Under the pieces are notes generated by a model that was given only the letters and a program-made list of their open reading frames with translations, was not told where the DNA came from and did no database searches. Positions 35,791 to 48,200 of a stretch of 64,000 nucleotides of DNA are shown here, in pieces. The first letter of the stretch is position 1; every line of letters starts with the position of its first letter. Source of the stretch: Schmidtea polychroa. Its lineage: Eukaryota. The position numbers and the translations under genes are program-made. The DNA lies in assembly GCA_044892525.1 (NCBI GenBank), contig CM097885.1, positions 24,988,001-25,052,000 on the forward strand. Reading direction: 5' to 3'.

Positions 35791-37260
35791 ATGGAACAAG
35801 TACAATGGACAAGATCCACCTACGACAGTTACTTCAAGATGCAGAAAAATCATGCCAGCCAACAATTATACGAAATCAATGAAAATTTACAAATTCCAAA
35901 TTATTTGCTGATAGATGACAGAAGAATGAAGATACGAATGTTTACAATAAGGAGAAATTCAGAATTGAAATTGACAGATGAAATTGAGTTGTCTCGGAAG
36001 GAAGAATATCACATACACGTGATCAGAGGTACAGTGGAAGTGCTGAAGAACGATAATACAATATGGTGGCAACTTCGAAAATTCACATCGTGGAAGCTGC
36101 AGAAGGACTTCATGTGGAGAACACTACGAGCAGCGAATGAGGAGACAACGTTGGTGGTGGAAATCAGAATTGAGAATGAAGCAGATGAAGTACCACAGAT
36201 GCATCTAATTGAAGGAGAAGACCCAATGTTATTGAAAATTTCAAAGGAAATGTTGAAAAAGAAAATGTCGTTTCTCAGAAAAGAAATGGATCTAGAAGAA
36301 ATCCGCAGTCGAATATTATTCATTGATGCTGAATATGGCACATCAGAGCAAGGGAAAATGGTCCCTTTAGCAATAGCAATTATGAATTATTATGGGAAAG
36401 TAGTAAAAGATGTATACCTCACTCCAAGAGGAAAAATCCGACATTTTAATTCAAGGATCCATGGAATTACAGAAGTGGCCAGCAGGAACCAATGTGATCA
36501 ATATGTGGCAATGAAAGAGATACAACGCTTGACAGTAGGCAAGATATTGATCGGCCATGATTTGCATGCAGAATTACAATACTTGGGGATATGGATTGAA
36601 CAATTGTACGGCATTCGAGATCTAGCAGCAGCACCAATACTTCAGAACATGGGAGTAACCATAAGGGGAGAATGGTTCAAACTACAAACAGTGGTGAAAG
36701 AAATATGTGGAGAACAGACTCAGATGAGTATTCATTCGGCTCTCGAGGACGTGAAAAGTATACGCAAGGTATACCAGAAAGTGGAAAGTCAATGGATTGA
36801 TGACATACCGATGCCCAAAAATCAACCGTCAAAGCGATATTCGTGGGATGAATATAAGAAGCTTCGGGAAATTGAATCAACATCAACTGCAATACTAGAA
36901 AAACTAACGCAAATTCCAATTGAAGATGTAATGGAATCTGAAGAAATTGATTTAACATTCGAGGAGAATGTGACGATGGATAGTGAAAATCCATTGATTC
37001 AATTGAAGTGGGCCAATGAATCATTCTTAGAAATTGCGGAAGAATGTGTCGCATTAATGGTAAGCATTCCGATGATAAGGATACATCCAACACTTGAATA
37101 TGGTCCAATGCCAGAATGTAGAAAATCCAAAAAGAGAAAAACAACTTCGAACATTGATGTCGGAGACACTGTCACTGTCAATGGTGTTGTATATGAACGC
37201 GAAGAAACAATAATACGATATCGGCATGAAACGAAACGATTAGAAATAAAGATGGATTAA
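35791..37260 (+). CDS. DEDDh (DnaQ-like; REX4/ISG20-type) 3'-5' exonuclease with an unknown N-terminal domain, inside the retroelement
   Basis: FIDAEYG (ExoI), IHGIT, ILIGHDLHAEL (ExoII), IRDLA, HSALED (ExoIII); intact 489-aa ORF between IN and PPT. Confidence 0.85.
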   Translation: MEQVQWTRSTYDSYFKMQKNHASQQLYEINENLQIPNYLLIDDRRMKIRMFTIRRNSELKLTDEIELSRKEEYHIHVIRGTVEVLKNDNTIWWQLRKFTSWKLQKDFMWRTLRAANEETTLVVEIRIENEADEVPQMHLIEGEDPMLLKISKEMLKKKMSFLRKEMDLEEIRSRILFIDAEYGTSEQGKMVPLAIAIMNYYGKVVKDVYLTPRGKIRHFNSRIHGITEVASRNQCDQYVAMKEIQRLTVGKILIGHDLHAELQYLGIWIEQLYGIRDLAAAPILQNMGVTIRGEWFKLQTVVKEICGEQTQMSIHSALEDVKSIRKVYQKVESQWIDDIPMPKNQPSKRYSWDEYKKLREIESTSTAILEKLTQIPIEDVMESEEIDLTFEENVTMDSENPLIQLKWANESFLEIAEECVALMVSIPMIRIHPTLEYGPMPECRKSKKRKTTSNIDVGDTVTVNGVVYEREETIIRYRHETKRLEIKMD

Positions 37261-37800
37261 TTTTTATATATTGTATTTATAAAATAAATAATTGTGAACT
37301 CGATTTTGTCTCATGTATTTATTGGCAGCGCATCAGTTAGACCCCAAAATAAGAATAAATAAGTAAATAATTGAGAGTAAATAAATGATTAAATAAATAA
37401 ATAAACTTATTATTGTGTATAACAACAAACACATTTCCAATTGTCGGGGTTTGGCTACCCTGGACAACAATTGGAAATGTGTGGTTGTCATAGTCATTGA
37501 TTTTTCCATTGAAACCGTTTATGAATAAATGGAACTATATTTTTATCTAAATCTATATTTGTTTCTAAGTTTCTCTATGGATCTCGGTGTCTCTATATAT
37601 ATTTATTCTACTTTATCCCCATGATGATTATAATAATTACTTTCTCACATTAAATCATTTACCGTTGCAAATAGCATAAACATTTCATTAAACAATGAAA
37701 ATTAAAAATCTGTTAATTAAAAAAATTAATTAAACAGTAATTCAAAGAAAATTTTCAACGCTAACATCATTCAATTAGCCAAAACAATAATTTCACTTAC

Positions 37801-37901
37801 TTTTTATAAGCCTTTTTCAAATCATCTCCTGACGTTTCTTTATCGACACCTAATATCTCATAAAAATCCTTCAATTCACTATTGAAAGTTAAATTTATCA
37901 T
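37801..37901 (-). pseudogene. Isolated first exon of a DnaJ/Hsp40 J-domain gene, inside the retroelement in antisense
   Basis: Reads MINLTFNSELKDFYEILGVDKETSGDDLKKAYKK, followed by a GTAAGT donor. No HPD exon recognised downstream. Confidence 0.75.
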
Positions 37902-39828
37902 CAAAACTTTAGTTTATTTTAAAAATGATTGCAATTTAGGTATATGACGAACTTAGGTATATTTTCTTTAAACATTGCTGAATTGATATAAATATAACCT
38001 AATTTAAATAAATAATTAAACAATATTGAAATATTTCGACCTAAAATAAATTCTAATCACTTCAATGTATGACAGCTAATAACCACACCAACAATGCAAG
38101 GTATTCGATAAATTTGGGAAAATTGTTTTCTTTAGAATTTAATTCATATTATTAATCAATAATGAAATGGATTTGTTTCAACCCTGATTATACTTACATT
38201 ATAGATAAATTATCTTAATTGTAAAATTAAATAATGACAATAAATGCAGCGATAATATCATTAAATTAATTTTGTTTTATTTAATCTGGTTTTTTTTGGC
38301 GATTAAGAATTTTATTTATCTTTTGCTGACAATAAATGAAGTTCTAAAACGATAGTAATATTATTAATTGCAATAATATAATTGAATAAAATATCACCAG
38401 CGTCGCATATGAAATTGAATACAGGAGTTTCATAGAATTAAATGCAGTTGTGATAAATATAAATTGCAAGTTACCGTTTGTATTTGATCCTCCATTTTAC
38501 TAAGACAACGACCGATAATATCTAATGAAAGCTGTCTCTGTTCTTTAGTGACTGCTCTATCAGCGAGAAAATTAAGCATATATAAATGAATAATCTTTAA
38601 TTGTGGAAACGATTATTTCATTGCTTTATTTTTTAATATAACAGTAGTTACTTCATTTCTACAAGACATTGATTCACATTTCATATAGCAACTTCATACT
38701 GAGTACAACAAACCATATTTCAATAAATAAATAAATAGATTCAATGATTTTTCTTATTTTTCACACGATATGAGTTTCTATTCAAAGTGGCGTTTTCATC
38801 CACTACTCTTGTCATTTAAATCTAGGAATTTTTCGACAGAGATGGATTAGAAATTGATAATCTAACTATGATTCATAATGGTACGTTTAAATATCACTAA
38901 TTACAAAGTTTCATAAATAGTGAGTATCTCTGCTAAAATTCTACTTAATTCAAAAGCAATAATTTATTAGAACAAATTTAAATAATTCAATAAAATTATA
39001 AATTTAGAATAAAAATGTTATCAGATTACAAATATGAATAAATACCTTTTATTTTATACTTATACGAGAGTTGACAGAGAAAACTCTCAGCAAATAAAAT
39101 CCTAAATTCATTAACTCCGAATCAGAATCAATTAAACGAGAGTTGACAGAGAAAACTCTCAACAAATAAAATCCAAAGTTCGCTGTCAAATTGACCGGCG
39201 ATTTTTTTTCACACACACCCCAAAAATTGATTCAACAGCAATTGTCTCCAATAAACAAGTCGAGACTTATCCAGGACAATCTAAATAATTTTCTTTCAGT
39301 GTTTTCCAAGAATAATTAATTTGATGGAATTTCTTACAAATATAAAGAAGTTAAGTGAAAATGAAAAAAATAATTGACAGAAAAATTTGGAATGTCTTGG
39401 AGAATCACTTAGAGTAGAATAATATATTAAAATATAATGAATCAACTCGTCAAAGCCGCCTCCAACGGTAGAGACAGTAACTCAATAATTATTATAATTA
39501 TTATATATTATTATTATTATTGGAATTTCTACTGGGAAATTAAATTAGGAGGGAAAATAGATTTTTCCAATTGATATTATTATGAAAGCTTTCATTCACC
39601 GCTAACGAGTGGAATTCAATTTCCGAATTTCGAGAAAATATCTAAAATATTTATTTTTCAAATTTTCAATTTATTTTGCTTATATATTGCTTATATATTA
39701 TTATTAGTGGTATAATTATTATTAGAATTAATTTTTATTAATTAATGAATGTCAAATTTAAGATTTAAGTTTTCTTTAGCGTTTTCTTTAGTGAAAATCT
39801 CATTGTTATATAATTATATTTTATTATG

Positions 39829-39831
39829 TTT

Positions 39832-39923
<92 letters not shown>

Positions 39924-39950
39924 TATTATTATTATTATTATTATTGTTAT
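39829..39950. repeat. (ATT)n microsatellite
   Basis: Directly visible. Confidence 0.95.
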
Positions 39951-40308
39951 TATCCTTATTATTGTGGTCATTAGGAATTATTATCAGTATTAGTATTATC
40001 ATTATTATGATTGTTATCGGTGGGAATTATTTTTATTATCGGTAGTGTTATTATCGTCATTATTATTGTTATTAGTATTAACATTATTATTTATATTAAG
40101 TAGTGTGAGGATGATGGGGGAGTCGAATAAGGAAATTTCAAAATAAAATAGCGCAGATTTAAAATCATTGGCAAAGGCAATAGCTAAAATAGGTAGATAG
40201 CAATCCATTTTTATTATTACTATTGTTGTGATTATTGTTATTATTGTTATTACTGTATGGTAAATTAGATTTATTATATACATGCAGATTCGAGGTCGAA
40301 TCTAAATT

Positions 40309-40320
40309 AAAGGGGGGAGA
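40309..40320 (+). promoter_or_regulatory. Polypurine tract
   Basis: AAAGGGGGGAGA 2 nt before the 3' LTR, preceded by the palindrome AGATTCGAGGTCGAATCT. Confidence 0.9.
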
Positions 40321-40322
40321 TA

Positions 40323-40892
40323 TGTTGGGGTTCAACAAGAGAGGCACAAAAATGAGGTGAAAATTGACAAAAACACCAAATTCAAAATAAAAATTTAAAG
40401 TACAAAATATTAATTAAAAATCAAAAATTTTAAAAAATGAAAATTTTCTGGGGGAAACTGGTATGGGCGGATGCTGAATAATGAGACGAGTTCAGCTATA
40501 ATAAAATAAAATCAATGGGGGGTCCCAAAAAGGAATAAATTACAAAAAACAAAAATTAATTAAAAATTAATTAACTAATGGAAAACCCGAGCTAATGGGA
40601 AACCCGAGCTAATGGAGAACCCGAGCTAATGGGAAACCCGATACAATGGAAAACCCGAGCGAATTGAGAAATCCAATTTCGGGAAGGCAATTAATTTAGC
40701 TTGATAAAAAGTAATAAGCGCCGTCAAAGAAAATGAACAAATTCCCTTCAATTGAATTAGACCTCCAAGAGGAAACCCGGGGGGAAATAGGGCCAAAGAT
40801 AATTGGCAAAAATAAAGTCAATTATTAAACGAGTATAAAAGCAACTGGCAAGAAAACAAAATGCCAGTTGGTCGAAGAAAAGAAAATAGAAG
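40323..40892 (+). repeat. 3' LTR, truncated after ~570 bp
   Basis: Matches 23884-24491 with one repeat unit missing and several substitutions. Homology stops at GAAAATAGAAG. Confidence 0.92.
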
Positions 40893-41083
40893 GTCAACAC
40901 GGGGCTTTGCTAATTTATAAAATCGAAATTTACTTTTGACCCAGTTGTCTCGGGGAATGTATGTCCCCTGTGATGATTTTATTGTTGCGGCTTATTTAGT
41001 TGCCTAAGTAAGGAATGCTGCATAGGTTATCATAACCCATAAGTCAACGGGTGGTACAAGATCTTAATCTCTATATTACAGAC

Positions 41084-41448
41084 ATGTCTCAATTCAGTTC
41101 TAGCAGCGACGAGGGCACTGACCAGCAGACGATCACCCGACTCCGGACCCGGTACATTTGGTACCACATCCATCGGTGGAGTCAGGGACGGGATCTGGAT
41201 TGTGCAGATCGAGTAATCCGGACGGGCCCCGAAGTAGATGCCCCGGCATGGGTGAAGGTGGAGCCGGAGAACAACCGGTTGCGGGAGGCACGCGATCAAG
41301 CGGCCTGGGACGTGGAAGTCGCCCAGATGCGACTCAAGAAGATCGAGTTGCAAATCCGGGCAGAAAGGGAGGGAGTGCCCTGGAGGAGTTAGAGGAGGCC
41401 ACGGTACCCCCGAGAAAAAGAGGGAGGCCCCGCAAACGCCAAGCGTGA
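41084..41448 (+). pseudogene. LTR-X ORF-A copy with a 1-bp frameshift near 41381
   Basis: RLRTRYIWY...EREGVP in one frame and LEELEEATVPPRKRGRPRK in the next. Confidence 0.75.
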
Positions 41449-41479
41449 TTATCAGACTATAAATAACTTATTTTAGTCA

Positions 41480-44251
41480 TGTTGGGCTAGAACTGATTTC
41501 TAGACCCAAAGTTGGGAATGGGACGAAATGTGTCAGTACACAACACGCATACCCAGCATTAAGTTTACTTAAATAAAAATATATAAAACACCAAGTAAAC
41601 AATGATAATAGAGAGATAATATACCCAAAAATAAAACATCTGAATTAAAAATAAAATAAAACACGAGCAAGAAATATTACACGAAAACTTACTCAAATAT
41701 AACCGAAAGACATAAAAAACAACAAAAAACAAATTCGAATAAAGGCGATTGTAAAAATTAAAAAAGAAAATTAAAGAAAATCTTCATAAAATCTTACGTA
41801 AAGAAAATTATATCGATATTTTGAATAAAAATCCAGAACAATTCATAAAAATGGCGAAATCCATCATGACGGCCAAACGACCCAATAAAATTTATAAAAA
41901 ATAAATATTTTAGTTTAAAAAATAAATATTTTAGAAAAGAAATCATAAAAAACAATTTAAAAATAAGAAATAGATTGAATTTAGCATGGACTGTTCTGGA
42001 AATGCTGAAATCCATCATGGAGGCAAATTTAATAAAAAATAATTCGAAAATAAAATTTCGAAAATAAAAACAAAAATTCTTACTGAAAAATCGCCATCAA
42101 AATCGATAAAAATTAAAAATCGAATGTTCGAGAATTAAAATAATCTGAATTTGTTTTACTGCATCAATGCACGCATGTATACTTACACGTCAAACAGAGG
42201 CTATATAAACTAACACATTTCGTCACTTTTTAAGGAAGCAAGGAAAAAAATCAAAATGAATATTTTTACTCTTATGCCAAATTTTTGATTTTGATTTTTC
42301 TGAGATTGTAAGTAAGGACGATTTCATTGTGAATTATAAATTATTATTATTGAAACCTTGTTTTCATTATTTCTATTTAATTATAGAGGTGTAGATTTGA
42401 ATGAGATCGTCGGTTATCAATAATTTTGAAGCGAGATCCCAGCCAAACCTGCACCTATGCACTTTATCATTTATGAATGCACAGTTCATAACGATTTCGG
42501 GTCATCGACCCTACATGCACTAAAATCATAATCTTAACCAGAGGTCGCCACGAACTATTGGTGTTTAACCATGAGTAGGGCGTATAAATCCTTCTTGGTA
42601 GTTGGCATAGTCACAGGGACTATGCGGACGAAATAATTATGGGTAACTAATTGTGGATACATATTACAATAGGGCCTATCGTACCGTACTCAGTGTAGTC
42701 GGGAAAGTAGGTAAATTTTAATTAAATCGACCTTTTCGTTAACTTACATACCTAAATTAACACTTAAATTATACTATTTTGCACACAACACTAGGAACTG
42801 ATAAACGGGGAATATCCCCTGACTCAAATTTCACACAATACAACATGCTAGTGTAGCTGGTTATTTCTAAACGAATCCCTCTTAAACTATAAATTCAATG
42901 TGAACCTAAGAAACTAATTAACTCAAAATAACAGGGAGATCCCTGCGCAAAATTTTTTTTTGGCAATTAAAGACTTAAAAATTTTGAACCATTCCCTGTA
43001 AGAATACTGCAACCTAAAGTTCATGCAATGAGTAGGACCTAAGATGATATAATCTCAATCGCACTGGTAAGCGAACTAAAATCTATAGATGCCCACAAAA
43101 TAACCTATTTTGATGCAAACTAAATTTCTCTATCGTAATGGTCTTGGTATGCGCAAATTCCCGTAGACATATTGATAAAGTCTCTTTATCTATAAACTAC
43201 TAATATTATATCTATAACTTATAAGTTCGGGCAACATCTTCACATTATTCTACACTAAATTGAATAGACTCTAAACTAACTATAAAAATACAAATCGTAA
43301 ACCCATAAAAGTATAAATTATCCTCTCAATTTCATAAAAATGTGAATTATACTTATAGATTTAATTTCTTCAAAATGTAAATTACGATTAGTTATAAAGG
43401 TATAAATTATAAATTTAATTTCTTGAAATTATAAATTACAAATTTGTATTGACGATAAAAATTATAAATTATAATCTTAACTTCATAAAAATATAAATTA
43501 TAAAATTATATTAGCTTTGGAAATATAAACTATAAATTGAACTTCACCAAATATAAATTATAGACTTAAAAGTATAAATTATAAAATTATATGGGCTCTA
43601 AAATATAAACTATAAATTTAACTTCATAAAAATATAAATTATAAAATTATATTAGCTTTAAAATATAAACTATAAATTTAACTGAACTTCATAAAATATA
43701 AATTATAAACTTAAAAGTATAAATTATAAAATTATATTAGCTTTAAAATATAAACTATAAATTTAACTTAACTTCATAAAATATAAATTATAAACTTAAA
43801 AGTATAAATTATAAAATTATATTAGCTTTAGAAATATAAACTATAAATTTAACTTCATAAAAATATAAATTATAAACTTATATTAGCTGAAAGACTATAA
43901 ATTATAAGCTTAATTTGGTCATAAAAGTATAAAATATAAACTACGTTAGCGATAAAAATATAATCTATAATAAGTTGTAAATATTTTATAAATACCCCCC
44001 CCCCCCCAAGTTACGTAATGGTCGAAACAAATGTCCAGATTCATAATCTAACTTATATATGTATATTTGAAACTTATAGAAGTATAACTTACCTTTTTCA
44101 CGAGTACCCCCCTCAAACTTATACATGCTAAATTGGCTTATTTTAATATATATTTAACTTACATTATAATAAAAAATATAAGTGGTAAAATTTCCTAAAT
44201 GACCCCCCTCAAATTATATATTTATCTAAATTTACACTAAGATAGACTACT

Positions 44252-44344
<93 letters not shown>

Positions 44345-44400
44345 TCATCATATATTTGATTTTAAAATGATAACTCTTAAAATTCCTAAATGACCCCCAA
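41480..44400 (+). mobile_element. 5' part of an LTR-X-related giant LTR (right end approximate)
   Basis: Starts TGTTGGGCTAGAACTGA, the reverse complement of 11962-11978. Collinear patches match 10730-11940, then the AT-rich array at ~43300-43980. Confidence 0.7.
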
Positions 44401-45234
44401 GCTATATACCCGTGGTAATTTCATAAAGATATCAAGGTACATTCGCCGTTTATCATTATTGTTATTTTAACATTACTGCTACTATCATTAGTACTACTAT
44501 TACATTTTATTGATATCATTGATTTTATTTTCCCCAGTAACCCCACTAAACTGGTTATATTATTAAAGTAATTATTATTTCATAAAAATAAAATTTTAAA
44601 CAAAATTATCGATTTTGGGATTCCCCTATCTCTAAATTTAGTTTCAATGGCCCTATCTTCCAATAAAATTACGGAAAATCACTAAAATCTATTTTTAGTA
44701 ACACCCCCCCCCCTGAAAACGACATCAATATTATTAATTTAAATTATATCCATATATGTGTGGGTGTATGTGTATACGTATATATATGTGGATGTGTGTA
44801 TGTATATATAGATTTTAGAAAATAACCAATACCATAATCTTCCCCTCAAGACCCCTGTGGAATAATTTACACAACCCCTTTAAAGTAATAAAGATAGAAT
44901 AATTTATAAAAATTATGGACAAAATTATGTTCAAATCAAATCAAAAGACAAAACCCAATAGTAAACTAAATTTATTAATTTCAATTACCAAATTTATTTA
45001 CATCATTGTAAAAAAGAATTTTAATATTTTATTTAATTACAACATCCTGAATAAAAACTCAAAAAGAAAAAACTCCAAATCGGCTTTATTTCTTTGCTTG
45101 GCTGCTTTAAGATCATAAATGGGCATTTTTCATTTATTAATCGGATAAAATCAGTTTTTTCTGTACAACCTTTACATTCTTCACCCCAGCTTTCTAATAT
45201 TTTTTGAGATCTTTAACGCGAGCTTTGTTTAGAT

Positions 45235-48200
45235 CAGTGCTCTTCAACCTTTCGCAGTCGTCGGAACCCTTCCAAAAACTTTCGCAGTCGTCGGAACCCT
45301 TCCAATAAAAATTTCCCCATGTATATGTGGGCATGTATATATGTATTCAATTGGGGTTGTCGATGTGGTAATTTATAAAAAAATAATGCACTTTATAATA
45401 TAAAATTATTTTATTTAAATAATTAATGGCAAAAATATAAAGTTTAACATAAAAAAAATAGAAATTTGATATTAAATGGTACTCAATGACTAGGTTGAGC
45501 CTGTTTTTTGCTACAAATTACATTGAAATCTGGTACAATTCTTGTAATTTGTAGCCTCATTTCATTTTCAGCATCTAATTTATTTCTGTATTTTGTTTTT
45601 GTGGCAATATATAGCGAGAAAGATCTTTCACACATATAAGTGGTCACAAATGGCATCAAAATTTTAATAGCTTTTTTTGCGAGGTCAGGAAATTGGCAAA
45701 ACATTTCAAGCCAAAAATTCAAAATCTCTCCTTCAAAAAATTTTATTTTTAATGTAGAATCAGTTGAAATATCAATGTATTGCTCCCTTTCTTTTATTGT
45801 TAAATGATAGTTATTGCAGTATTCAACAAATGGATTTTGAACCCAATCAAAATTTTCTATCTGAGCAGGAAGATATTCCACAAAAGTATCTTGTAAATCA
45901 GATAAATGTTGCAATACATATATTTTAACATTTTCATTAATTTCAGCATTATTGGAGAGTAAAAAATCATTTAAATTAAAAAAACATTCAGTATTTGATT
46001 TCAAAATACAATCCGCCCAAAATTTTAATTTCATTATAGTTGCATTTATTTTATTTTGAACTTGGAAAATGTTCGTATTTGGGCCTTGAAGAGAAAGATT
46101 TACTTCATTAAAATATGAAAAAATATCTGAAAGATAAGAAATTTGTTGAACCCATTTCACATCATTTAATTTGTGAGATAGTTCATGTGGATGTTTAGCA
46201 AAAAACAATCTGATTTCATCTCGTAAGTGAAAAAATCTTGTCAATACTTTACCACGAGATAACCAACGAACTTCTGTGTGAAGTAATAATGTTTTATGTT
46301 TACTTCCCATATCTTCACATAATAAGGTGAATATTCTCGAATTCAACGGCCTTGATTTGATAAAATTTACAATTTTGACACAATCATTAAGAACAGTTTT
46401 TAGTTCTTCTGGCATTCTTTTTACTGCAAGAGCCTGTCGATGAAGACAGCAATGATTATTTTTAATGTAAGGATTTTTTTGTTTTATACGCGCAACTACA
46501 CCTTTCAAACTCCCAAGCATTGCTTTTGCACCATCGGTGCATACATGGTGACATAAATCCCAAGATATATCATGCTGGATAAAATATGAATCAATTATTT
46601 TAAATATTTCTTCACCTGTTGTTTTGCTGGGTAGAGCTTTACAAAAAAGCATATCTTCTTCAGCAGCCATTTCATGAATGTATCGTACAAATACCAGTAA
46701 AATTGCTAACCCAGATACATCTGTAGATTCATCCAACTGAAGAGAAAATCCATGGATACAATTTTTCAAACGTTTTATGAGTTGTACTTCACAATAATTT
46801 GCCATGTCCATAATCCGCCTGGATACAGTAGTATCAGAGAGTGGCACGTAATCAACCATTTTAACATGTTTCTCTCCTATCATGCAAGAAACTATATCTT
46901 TGGTACATGGTTTCACTAATTTTTCAGCAATAGTGTAAGCTTCACCTTGTTGAGCAACACGATAACTGACCAAATAAGATGCTTTCAAAGCATTTATATT
47001 ATCATCATGTATGAATTTCTTAAATTGCTGATTTTTCTGTTTAAGCTCATTACACTTTTTCTGGAAATACTCAATACTTTTATTTTTTAAAGTCGGGTGA
47101 TTAGTTTCCAAATGTCTTTTCATTTTTGCTGGATTTAAACTACTGTTATGCATTACTTTTTCACACTCTACGCATAATCCATTTGGTTCTTTTTCATTAC
47201 CAATCCAGGCGAATCCAAATTTTAAATATTCGTCATCATACTTTCTTTTTTTAGTGGATTTATCTGAATCATTAGCTATTTTGTTTTTAGAAGGCAGATT
47301 TTTCGATGATGTTTCTGTATCAAGCCTAGAACTAACTGCATTGTCTTTCGATGCTGTTTCAGTTTCTAAATTAACTTCCTTGACCTTAGCAGGAAGCTTT
47401 CCAGTTTTTAACCAAGTATCCATTATATAACGGTATGGTATCCTAATTTAATTTAAATTTAAATAAAATCGATTTTATGACAAAACTAAACTTATCAAAA
47501 AACCTCCAAAAGAGGTTAAAAATGTTGGGAAATTTCGAAAATTAATTAAAATTATGAAAAACTTAATAAATAGAAAAAAAATTCATACATATTTTAATAT
47601 AAAGTTATAAATGAAATGTTTAAATATATAAAAGTTGAATGTTTAAATATAAAAGATTAAATTTAGAAAAAATGTTTATATTTTAAGTTTAATACATTTT
47701 TAACCCTTTTTTTTCTACCTTTAAATCACATACTTAATATTTAATATTTAATAAAAAATAACATACCTGTATTTACACTAAATGAAATAAATTAAAACTC
47801 AAAGTTATTTTTTTTAAATAATTGTACTTTTTGCAATAAAGGCAGATAAACAAATTTATTTTAATAAACACTTTTTAATTAAATATTAACTTTTAGTTAA
47901 AGATTAACATAAAACACATCCACCAGTTAGAAACTAAATTAAATACACGTCAAATTTCACATACGTATCACAAAACCAAGGTAACTCCCGCATCCTATGA
48001 TTATAAATTTATTTTTAGAAACTATATTCAAATTTCAAAGGATTATATATTGAAATTTAAAGAAAAAATCGAATTATTCTCAAATATTTTTGATAATTTA
48101 TACTTTTCTTACATTTTTAGTAAATAAAAAAAATTTCAATGTCATTGTAGCATTTCATAAATTTTCAAGGCGTAAAATTTTACAACAGAAAATTTTCAAT

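Larger units (their letters stand above)
23884..40892 (+). mobile_element. ~17-kb Ty3/Gypsy LTR retrotransposon (virus-like) with fusion glycoprotein and accessory genes; 3' LTR truncated
   Basis: 5' LTR, PBS, gag, PR-RT-RH-IN in Gypsy order, PPT and partial 3' LTR. Confidence 0.95.
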
